Below, in pieces: positions 30,401 through 42,400 of a DNA stretch of 64,000 nt. Below the pieces are notes generated by a model. That model ran no database searches and was not told where the DNA came from. It saw nothing but the letters and a program-made list of their open reading frames with translations. Source of the DNA: Styela clava (Eukaryota). The position numbers and the translations under genes were made by a program. How positions within the stretch are numbered: position 1 is the stretch's first letter; every line of letters starts with the position of its first letter. The stretch spans positions 9,610,001-9,674,000 of the forward strand of contig NC_135260.1 in NCBI RefSeq assembly GCF_964204865.1. The letters run 5' to 3'.

Positions 30401-33400
30401 TCCCTAATATTCCAAGATCACTAAATTTAGTTTATGTCAAGGATGTTTTGTCTTATTGAAATAGACATTGTTTTTCATAATTCAGCAAAACTGTTGTTCC
30501 ATACAAACCAAATTTAATGTCTGAGCAAATGTCACGATTTGAACTATATTTGTAAAATTGATGATTGCGTTTTTGTTAGAGATATCATCAATTTTCATGT
30601 TTTTAGCGTTAATTTTTTCAAACTAAAACAGGTTTGACGTACCGTCTTGTAGTTGTTCCTCCAGTCGGGATGGTGACAGACTGCCTCTGCTTTCAGTGCT
30701 ACTTTCGTCATGAAAGAAAATGCATCACCAAACTCTTCAAAAGTATATTTCTTGTGAAGCTTGGTTCCTTTTTTTATTGTTGCCCATCCTTCCTTTATCA
30801 GAGGTTCCAAAACTTCCTTCTTTTTTGTTGTCAGCTTTTCTGGCTGTTCAGATGGCAAACAATTGACGAGTGGGTCCATGGAATCCCTTTCAGAATATGA
30901 TACCCCAACACAAGTCATTATGACTAATGACAAAAGAGCAAGCCGTGCCATTGTCATTTCTTTGCAACTCAACTTCTTGATTAGAAATTCCACTTCAGCT
31001 TTCCTTATTTATAGCTAAATAGTGTGAATGTCGGGGAAATTTTTTTTGCTTCGCTTAGTGCCAAATTGTGTGCAAGTTGCATGAAAAAGAGATATTAGGC
31101 TTGAACTTTGAATAGTCTGCAAATGAAGCATTGTCTGACCTTTTTGTCCATGATTTTTGGGAAAATTAAGTAATACATCATAAAAAGACAGATTTGAGTC
31201 TGCTCATAACTAACTGTGAAATCAAATTTTAACATACCAGGGGTTGTGGTAGTGATGGAGATGACTTAATTTACGCCTATGCTATAATGCAGTGGTTCCC
31301 AAACTTTTTTCCGGGCGGCCCAAGGTCATGATAGAATACTAAACGGCATGTAGTACTTTTATGTCTGCTTAACATAGTGACTAATATAAAACAATCATTT
31401 TTACATGATATTTTTCGCCCGGAAATTACCTCAAAATGAAAAGGCGACGCTTGTTTGCCATCAGGGAGTTTTTGAAATGCTGGTGCGACTTTACTTTGCA
31501 AAATGAATGCTGCCAAGTTTTTACTCTGTGATACTTACGCATATACAATTACTATTGAGTAACACTTCAAAACCAGATATAAAATAAATAATAAAATGTA
31601 CTAGAAAATAAAATTAGTAACTTTTAGGTTTTTTGTTGAAAAACAAGCGACGCAAGAAAATTTGCAGACAACCCAGTTTTGGGTCGCGGCCCATAGCTTG
31701 GAAAACACTGCTATAATGAACCATGTTAACATGCCAAAATTTACTGCCCGATGCATGAACCATGTATCAGACAAAACAAAACCTGTCAACTGTTCTCAAG
31801 CCACACGAAACGTCAACGCAAGTTTCATACAATTTGTGTATATTTCTAGACTGATTATTATTGGTCTTCATTATCAAGGCAATAATCAATATACTATAAT
31901 TTGTTAATGTAATAATAAACAATGCAAACTTTTGATCGATTTTAAGATTGATGATCAAAGAGTAATATCACAAAATTTGTATAGTTCCTAACAAATATGT
32001 CTAACATTGATCACGATCTTATTTGGTACTTATTGATTAAAGTAAACTTCTATTACTGAATATTTTAATCGTCGATTGCAGAATCATGTTTTAAATCATC
32101 ACTGTGTTCGTTAATGATAGTTATATAACAAAAAAATTTAAGGTAAAATATTGGGCCGTACAAAACTTTAAATTTGAAATTCAAGAAAAAAATGTAAATC
32201 TGGGTCAACTTCTTTCATTTTTAATTTCTGAAAATTTGAAATCAATTGCTACATTAGTTGTGGAAAGAGTGTTTTTTACAAGCTAACAAAGCGATCCGTG
32301 AGTCCACTTCATGATCATTATATCTAAAAGGCTTATTTAAGACGGTTTATGCTGTCTTGCCTGTCCCTCTTAAAATAGCACTATTTAGTCTCAACAGTAC
32401 CCCCTCACCAGCACTGGTAAATATTTTCAAAATGAATATTCATTTGCTGGCATTATTCATTTATTTTGTCATGATGATACTGAAATATTAACATCAATAA
32501 AGCAGTTTGTGTACATGTTTAGGAATAATAAAAAAACTGTTTCTTTGTGTAATAAAATATCGAACTTATTAAAATTATGAAATATGACAACACATTTTCC
32601 TGTGAACATTTCATTTAAATCGAAGATATTCTCTTTGGCTCTACATTCCTTTTGAGAAAGATTACAGCTGCGTCGTCCATAAATTTTGCCAACTCCACGT
32701 CACTCATTGTTATTCCGCCTTTACCCCATGTGAAAAGAATCACTTCAACCTAGGAAAATAAGCAAGATATAAAAAAAATAAAACTTTTATAAAAATATTC
32801 ATCATTTTTTCCAATTAGCAATTATCCTATAAGTTCACTACTAAAATATATTACAGTCCCAGGACTCATGTATTTGTTGGTAAAATATGTTTTTTCTATA
32901 AAAATGATTAAATATTTTGATATTTTGAGTTACCTCATTAATTTATTTTTAGTACGGTAATCAAAGCAAATTACATAAACTCTGGGGAATTACTTTTCAA
33001 TAGGATACTGAATGAACTTGATTTTATTCTTTTTACTTGTGTGTAGTATTTTTAAATGAATAATTTGTAAAATTCACTCCTTAAATTTAAGAAAGATTAG
33101 TAAAAATGGTTATCGGAATAAAATTATAGATGTTTTCATGTTTTTGGGGTTAATTTTTCTAAAAAAAACAAGTTCAACATACCGTTTTGTAGGTATTCGT
33201 CCAGTTGGGATGGTGACAGACCGCTTCTGCTTTCAGTGCTACTTTCGTCATGAAAGAAAATGCATCAGCAAACTCTTCAAAAGTATATTTCTTGTGAAGC
33301 TTGGTTCCTTTTTCTATTGTTGCCCATCCTTCCTTTATCAGAGGTTCCAAAACTTCCTTCTTTTTTGTTGTCAGCTTTTCTGGCTGTTGAGATGGCAAAC

Positions 33401-36400
33401 AATTGACGAGTGGGTCCATGAAATCCCTTTCGGAATATGATACCCCAACACAAGTCACTATGACTAATGTAAAAAGAGCAAGCCGTGCCATTGTCATGAT
33501 TAGGAATTTCACTTCAGCTCCCCTTATTTATAGCTGAATATTGTGAAAATTTTATCTGCTTGGCATAGTGCCAAACTGTGTTCAAGTTACGTTGAAAAGT
33601 TATATATGGGGATTAAATTGTATGCAAATGAATCATTGACTGACCTTTTTGTCTATGATTTTTTTGCCAAAATAAGTAAAACATAAAAAGAATAATTTGA
33701 TTTATCAAGTACAATGATATTTGACATTTCATTATTAACAGACCGTTTGTCAAACAAGTAGGTGCTTTCTTTTTATTCCACTATTAATCAATTTAGCAAT
33801 GCTTTTATATATTGATTTTAGTAAACTTTTCCACTTTTTAACTTTAAACAAGATGACAATGCTTAAAAATATAAACGCAAAGATCAATTGACCTTTGGGA
33901 TGGATGGCAGCATTATTTTTTCCAAAATATGAAAAAATGGACGCTGTAGAAATTTGTGTACCAATATGGAGGTAACTAATTTTGTTGGCCTACTTTACAT
34001 CAAGTTGTGTAAAGGAACTGAAGCCTATGCGCAAGGGGGGTATATTGACTTGGCTAACACAGACAGTCCCCAAACTTGTAATAGAACTTGTAATAAGGAA
34101 AATCGGAATGAAATTATGGCCTAACTGTCAACAGGTTTTAACTCTCGACATTCTATCAACAGGTTTTATCTTATTTAAAACTCATTCAAGAAAACGTCTG
34201 ATTTCGTCTTATAAGCTTGGAAAACAATATCTTCCTACATTTCATTAGATTTCTTTGAATGTTTGTACTAGTTGCACAGGCCTTGTTTGTAGCCAAGGGC
34301 GAGAACTACAGCGTTGTTCTTATGCTTGTAGAAGAGTTGTTCTTCTCATACCTAGGGAGTCCCTAATACTGACCCTACGTACAAACAGTCATCATAGGTG
34401 AATTTATTGCAAGGTCCTCTTAACACATTTTACATTCATGTCATGAAATTTAACTTTAATAAATTATTTTCATTATTTATATTACATTACAAATAAATAA
34501 AAAAATGACCCAATAAAACGCTAGAGTTTGCTAGGCTTGCAAAAGTTGGATAAGTCTCATTATCTGTTTCTTTAAGGAAGAAACAATGCTGCTGCAACAT
34601 CAATAAACTTTGCCAACGCTACATCATTCATTGTTATTCCATCTTTGCTCCATGTGTAGAGTGTCACACTAACCTAAACAAAATTCATATTATGAAGAAG
34701 ATCTTTTTATGTCTGGGGGCCATGTGCAAAAACTTTCATCTGGTACCAATTCACAATTACTTCTTCAATTTAAAGAGGATTGACTGTGATTTATTCAATG
34801 TTCTATTTATTGTTTTGCTTTCATTTGTTGACTATTCAGAATTAAATGTGGTACATAAAATAACTGATGGAAAAATGGTATAAGCCAAAACTAGATATTT
34901 GTTTAGACGAATTTATGTAATCATTGTACATCGCACCTGATGAAGGTTTTTGTAACGGCCTCAGTGAGCTTATCTGTGGCTGCTTTGTGGGTTTCGAGGG
35001 CCCACTTTGAGAAACCTTGAACTAAAACAATGAAAAAACAACAATATACCCTTTTGTATAAGTTTTCTAACAAAGGATAGTGGCAGACTGAATTGACTTT
35101 TAATCCAACTTTGGTCATGAAGGCTGCAGCATCACCAAATTCTTTGAAATCAAGGTTTTTCCGTATTGCATTTCCATCGTTAACAAGAGTCCAACCGCTT
35201 TGTATCAGAGGTTTCAAAACCTTTCTTTCTTCTTTCGTCAACTTTTCTGGCCACACAAGTCCGTGGCAGTTTATTAACGGATCATGGGCATCTATTACAG
35301 AATAAGATGTACCAATGCATGACATGGTGACGCACAACAGTAACACGATTTTGACCATAGCCATTTTTTCTCCTCTGTTACCATTGGCTTACAAATTTTA
35401 ACGAACATTATTGTCTTTATATATAGTATCTTCATTCCGAATATAAAAAAATGAGATTTTTTTTCTGATTTAATGCATAAATTATTACCATGCACCATCA
35501 ATTATCCATACACTGCGTGACTAAATATTCTGGAAGTTCTCGTTTTTTAATTAAATATTCAGATTCGAGATATTTTTAGTTGGTAATATGACAGTAACTG
35601 AAACTTCTTCAGTAGTTTATTACCATACTTGTCAGAGTAGCATATATTCAACTTATTTTATCTTTGAACTTCCTGTTAAAGTGATTGGAATAAGTAATAA
35701 CGACGACGTCAACATGATCTATAACGATTTATAGCTAATGACCCTTTGTGTCAAAACACAATTATTCGACTAATGTTGATTACAAATTAGCATACGCTGT
35801 GTAGGCTTTTTCCAAGCTTTGATAATAACATGCAGCTTCTACTTTTTTGATGCAACTTTTATGTCACATCACCTCACAAGGAACTCCTACATGATAGCCG
35901 TCTAGTATAATTTACAAATGGTTTTCTTAATTGATATGGCAACGTATATAAAGAGCATCTTTTGTCATATTCTCTTTTCTCTTATTTTTCTCTGTTGTTC
36001 GGAATGATTTTTTTAGTTGCAGAATCCCTGTTTATACAGAGAATGTATTTGGCTTTACTCTGATTTAATGTTAAGGTGGTACTTTGTGCAAGTTTAAAAA
36101 TAATCATAATTCATTAAGTAAAATTTAATAGACAAAATATATTTTAGGACAATCAACTTGAATTTAAGGGAAATTATTGTATTTAATCAAATATTGAAAT
36201 AAAATGGAAAATAAGAATGGAAAATATAAGTGACGATACTTAATGTTTAATGAACCTTTAATAAATTAGTTTGACATGTCGAAATTGGGCGCTGCAGAAG
36301 TGTGTGTACCAAAATGGAGGTAACTAATTTTGTTCGCTACTTTGCATCAAGTTGTGTAAAGGGACGAAAGCTTATGGTCAGCGGGTATATTCAGTTGGTC

Positions 36401-39400
36401 TCCGAACTCATAATAGAACTGAAATAAGGAAAATCGGAGTAAAATTAGTGCCTAACCCTAACCTGGTACACATACTACGTTAGTACCAAATAGTTTACCA
36501 TGTCGAAATGGTATTTAATGAAAAAAAAACATTTTCATCATCGCAGGCAAGCAAATCATGTGTTAATTTGTTTAAATATCTTTTCAACGATACAAACAAA
36601 TTAACACAATAATTGCTTTCCGTTGCCAGTGAATTAGTATTTTTTTATCAAATTCAATTTCGAAGAAATGATGTATCTGCAAAACTATGAGTTCAATTTC
36701 TTTACATTTGTCTCGTTTCATTGGTTATTCAACAACCAAACTTTGACATAAATTACCATGATTATTTTTTTTACTAAAAATTTTCTGAGAAAATACCAAC
36801 ATGACTTTGAATTGATTCCAGATTCTTGCAGTCGAAATTTGCAGTTTTTGTAGATTTAATGAAATTTTGATTGTTTTGCAGACTATTTTCAAATCAATTA
36901 CCGGTGGCTCATTATTCATATTTGTTCTAATCATGTTTTGTAATAACATTTTTTTTTACAAAATTCATTTTATTATCTAAAATATTGATCTTTGCAAAGT
37001 TTGTTGCTTTTATATTCTACATCTATATCATTTTCAGGCCAAACGAGTATTTACATTTATTTGGTCTGCATCTATTTGACTGCCACCATTGATTTTTACC
37101 AATATAGTTCTTTCATCGAGTATTATATTGGATTTTTAACTTTTTTCCACATCTCCTTGGCATCTTGATACATTCTGTCCCCATCGCATTGTATCTATAT
37201 GGTGTTTTCCTGAATTCGGTTCTCAACTGTGTAACTTTGCGATTTTCAAAATACATGGTGACTATTTGCCATTTTGGAAATGAGTTTTACTGTGCTCTTT
37301 TTTTTTCTGGTATGGGAAATTATATTAATGAATTCTGTATCTGCCACTGGTTGGTATTAACAATGAATAAAATTGACTTGTTTAGGTATTAAATCAAGAA
37401 TAGTGAACCATTCACTTATGTTTTATTTTTTATTCCGTTTCCAATATTTCCAATTTGAATTCCAGATCCAACAAGAATGAACAACAATGTATGTGAAAGA
37501 ACAATACATATGAGAAACATGGGAATCAAGTTGTTGAGAGAATGTTTGTATGAAGATGCGTCTGGCAAACCAAATATAACGTAGGTTCTACTGGTATTTC
37601 TATATATCTAAAAATCTGTTCGTGTTCTTACTATTTTTGTTATCCTGAAGGTTTTTCCTATTTTAATTCAAATTGAATGTCTACATCTCGTTACTAATCT
37701 TCAAATCATTTGCATGCACATCAATGCAGAATAATTATTTTTTAGAAAAGCACACCATCTTTCATGTAACCTTGTATTTCTAAAATAAATCTATCCATTA
37801 TTTTATAAGATAATTGTACGGGAAAACTGTACCATCTAGTTCAGGGGTCGGGAACCTTTTTGGTCAAGAGAGCCATAAAATATACATATTTTCAATTGCA
37901 TTTCCGTGCGAGCCATATAACATTTCTTCACTTAATCAGGCCTGAAATGTTTATTCAAAAGTCAACACATACAATGTCAATATACATTTAATGTGATTTC
38001 TGATGCTGCATGTAGTCGCTGCGGGCCTTGAACGGTTGGTTGCTCACATGCAGCCCAAGTTAAAATCTACGATACTCATCACCCTTTTTTCTTAGGCATC
38101 TCCGTAGTGTTTTTAAAACTCACAATGTCACAATATATGTGATGTCACAATATATGTTCCAAAATCCCCTTGTTTGTCACAATGCCTGTCTGGTAATTAT
38201 CTTACATAACATAGCCATGTGCTGGAGGCGCGTTCTCAAACGCATTGGGAATTTCCTGCCAAATTTGGCTATAAAAGAGTTTGAAATTTTGTAACAATAG
38301 TAAGCTTAGTCTTGGGATATTAGATTTTTCTGGGAGCCATATGCCGTCACCAAAAGAGCCATATATGGCTCGCGAGCCATGGGTTCCCGACACCTGATCT
38401 AGTTCATGCTTATCCCAGAAAAAAAAACAGTTGCCATGAAATAAATTTAATGCGAATCATCAGATTTTCTAGGCAAAATAGGAAATTTATATTTGGCATG
38501 TCAAAGATATGTTTTTTTGTATTAGGCTGTTTGCTTAAAACATGGCTCTGTGCAAGGAAGCATTTATTGTCTGAGGAAATACAAATTCTGCATGAGCCAG
38601 CTTCTCTATTTAGCTATCGGCTTTATTAGCTTTATCATTAATATTTTATTTTATAGGTTCTGTGAGGATATTCAACGAACGTTAGGATGGGATTGGATGC
38701 TGCTATTCATGCAGGAGAATATTCATTCTTCTACTGTGGTTGAAATCACACTTCTGCTATTGGAAACACTAAGGTATTACTAATAGTGTCAGATACTTCA
38801 ATTTCATTTATCATGTTTTATGAACCACTGGAAAATTTGAGAATGTTGAATAAATTGACCAGAAAAATCTGCGTAAATCTTCACAAAATCATAGCAATTG
38901 AATTTAGTGCTACAAAGATATGAACTGTTTTATTAATTTTCTCTTTATATGTAGAGTTAAATTGATGTTATTTTTGGTTTATCTGTCAAATTTTGAAATG
39001 AATATAATTTTAAACTATATTTTAAATCAAGAATTTGCTGCATTGAATGCAACCAATTTCGAATGTGTTCATATTCTCACAATTCCTAATTTACTACACA
39101 TTTTATATAGCCCACACTGAAACGATCAGTGTATGTCCAAAAGAATTCAAATTGATTCAAAATTAATTATATTGGATATTTCAAATTCTTGATTTCGGGA
39201 ATATCTCAAATAAAGCTTAGAATATACATAGACTACTTTGTTGAACATAAACATATCCGATATTCCATATTGATAATATTATTTTAGAAAGTTTTCGAAA
39301 TAGAAAATTACATCGCCATCTCTGGCAATTGAAAAACATTGTTTATAATGTATTTTCCCCGGCTATAGAGTCGCTTTTCTGTACCTATTTTTATGGCCTG

Positions 39401-42400
39401 GTTTTGGTGGGGCCTTATTAGGCGGTTACCAGCTATGCTCATTTTATTTTTTCTGGTGTCGACTTTTTTGCATGGGTCTTTTCAAACCTGATTTGTGTTA
39501 ACTTTATGTCTGGGTTAATATATTTTATAATGTATTCGAGGCCAAAGTAGCCATACGATGAAGCACTCCTTATTTATGCCCGATATTAGTACCCTTCAAA
39601 AAGAAAACGGTTACCACGAGATATAGAGATTGATTTATGAAACTTTGGTTTTGCCATTTCAGGTAAAAACGGCACTATACTGGAAAACACAGATATTGAA
39701 ACACAGCTAATCCTATGAAATTATGAGGGCATATTAGTTATATTTATCGTATTATATTCATTTCAGATGTGGTTCCACTGGATTCAAGTATTCCCATCAT
39801 TCCTCGTCAGTTTCAAGCTCATCATTGTCATCTGCTGCTTTATCCACTTCTTCCTCTCTAGTCGGAGCAGCTGGTGTTGCAGTAACTGGTATCAGTTCAA
39901 ATTCAACATCTTATAACACGGCTTATGAAAGATTTAAATACGGTGAACTTTGTGGAGGATGGCTGGATGGCACTGAAGCTATTCTGGAGAGCAGTGCAGA
40001 CTCATTACTTGGTAGGTTTTAATGAAAAGGGTAATTGTAGTTGAAGACTATATTTTGAAATGAAAAAGATAAAGTATGGATAACCAACCATCCACAGACA
40101 TAAAAGCTTAAGCAACTTGAAAATTCCAGATATTGTGTTTCGAAACTTGTCGTATTAATTATTGCACTGCGTCAAATATTGCACTTTGTCCGGAAAATGT
40201 TTCGAGGACTTTACAACGAAAGACCAGATATTGAAATTTGCAAAAAAAATATTTGAAACTGTTCAAAAAGTGCACTTTAAGCCGGTTAAGTTTAAATCGA
40301 AAATATGTGTTTTTCTCATCTTTTCAAAAAAGATTTTTCAAATTTTACTTTTTCGACTGAAGTAATCAAATTTTGTACTAAAAAAGGGCTTATTCTAAAT
40401 AAAGTAGGTAATAATAAACTTCTGAGTTGGTACTATTTTTAATGCCTCTAGGATTAGCTGCTCGTTCGAGTCTCTATTTGGAGCTGAAGTTTAAAAAATA
40501 TCACCCTTTGATTAACAAAATAATATTGTTACCTGTTATTTTACATCTTTTCATAAATTAATTTCTAGGTTTCAATGTTGGTTCTGCTTCAGACAAACCA
40601 TATCATCGACAAGTTTGTAGAGAATCTTGTTCTATTGCTGGATTTTCTGCTCTCGCTACATATCTTCTACGGCACATGAATTCACCAAGATTGTATATTG
40701 CTTTGTTACAATTCGCTGTCTCTGATAAACTCAGTGACCCACCTGACTTGAAACAGGTAATAATAAATGATTTTGTTGGAATTATTAAAGTGGTAAGTCG
40801 AGAAGACCGTTACAACCTATGAATCATATACTCTTGCCAGTTAGTCTCCAGTATGGTATTGGTCAGTCAATTCAATTTGTTCTAAACTAAAGTCTAGATA
40901 ATTATTTATCTAGGCAAACTTCATTTGGTTTGTCATTTTTTGAGGAAATAAAATTATCTCCCTTTTTCTATATTTGAAATTTCATTGATAGTAGTAATTT
41001 AGTACTTTATTTTGCTTCGTGAATGATAACTTATACTTTATTAAATGATTAATTAAAACCTATTGTTTTTACATAACATTCATTTCTCCGATATTACCTT
41101 GTTTGCCATCAGCGAGTTTTTGAAATCATCGAGTGGCTTTAAGCGAAATAGATGCGTCCAATTTTTTGATCTTTGGTACATCCTATTTACTACTGAGCAA
41201 CTCTTCAATACTACATATAACATAAACAATAAACTCTACTAGAAAGGTTTTTGTTGAAAAAACAAGCGACCCAAGAAAAGTTTCATCCTAGTTTTGGGTC
41301 ACGTTTTATAGGTTGGGAAATTCTGCCTTTGAGTGGGCAAGTTTGAGAAACTATGTTATAAGTCTGTTCCCTGAACCCAAACTTGACTTGATATTCGCTA
41401 AAATAATTGTTTCCAGATTGATTTGGACACCATGTATGAATATATATTTGGTTTGAATGCAAATGCTGGAGGACCTGCAAGTCCTCGATCTAAATTGAAG
41501 CCAAGTTCTAGTTTTACTGGAATTTCCCAATCAAATCAAGCATCGGTGGCAATGAGTCTCGAAATCTTTCAAGTTATCTTGTCCATGGTCAGATCCATGA
41601 TAAATCAGGTATTTATCCTTATGCATATTTTTTCTGTATTTTTTTTTAAAACGACGCTTATTCACGCCATTCACTCTGAACAAAGCCTCGTAAAAGCAGC
41701 AACTGGTAGCTAATGTTGTTTTCCTTCGAAATACAGAGTGACCCAGAATGAATAGAACCCAGGTCATTTGGAACATATTCTAGAGCAGGGGTGTGCAAAA
41801 TGTTTCGTTGGTAGGCCATAAAACCACCTTACCTGCTGAGTCACACAAAAAATTTAGTGAGAATGCGACTATTGCCTAACCATACAGTAATAAATGCATC
41901 GGGCAATGTGGCGAAAGATATAACGTAAAGACAAGAGCAAAAAAATCATTTATTTTTATACATGCGAGTGCCTCTTCAAACATAAATTGTCGAGTTAGGA
42001 TTTTATACTAGAGTTGGAGTATTGACGAGGGCCAGTCATTAGCAGCTTAGATTTCTGAAACGTTTGGGTACAAACAAAAATAGGAATCGGAAGACGTCAG
42101 ATGTGAAATGAATTATTGATTACATTCAATTATAATATATATATTAAATTCCTAATTTTTGAACTACTATAATTCTAAATTTAAAATAGCTTCATTTTGA
42201 AATCTGTCATTTTGATTCTTTAGCATTGAATATCTGAAGGTTAAATTAAAACTCAAGATTTCACTTATTATCTGATGTTTGATTAATAGAACATTTATCT
42301 CAACTTTTCTAACTAACCGAATTCATTTTTGAATGCTTAAAAGTTTTTGTCATCAAAAATTGCCTATCATGGAGTTCAGAGCTGGATTCGAAATTTTTCT

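Noticed and set aside
30958-30993. ORF-track N-terminal extensions of PCBD-like copies 1 and 2 (MEFLIKK…, MKFLI…)
   Set aside because: They start at GTG codons just downstream of the TATA box; the first ATG (30957, 33497) gives the signal peptide.
34921-35049. C-terminal tail of the 147-aa ORF (VYCCFFIVLVQ…)
   Set aside because: Intron read-through; the PCD fold continues in exon 34673-34572 after a donor at the conserved position.
30634-35305. Plus-strand ORFs overlapping the PCBD-like exons
   Set aside because: Antisense shadows of the real minus-strand coding sequence.
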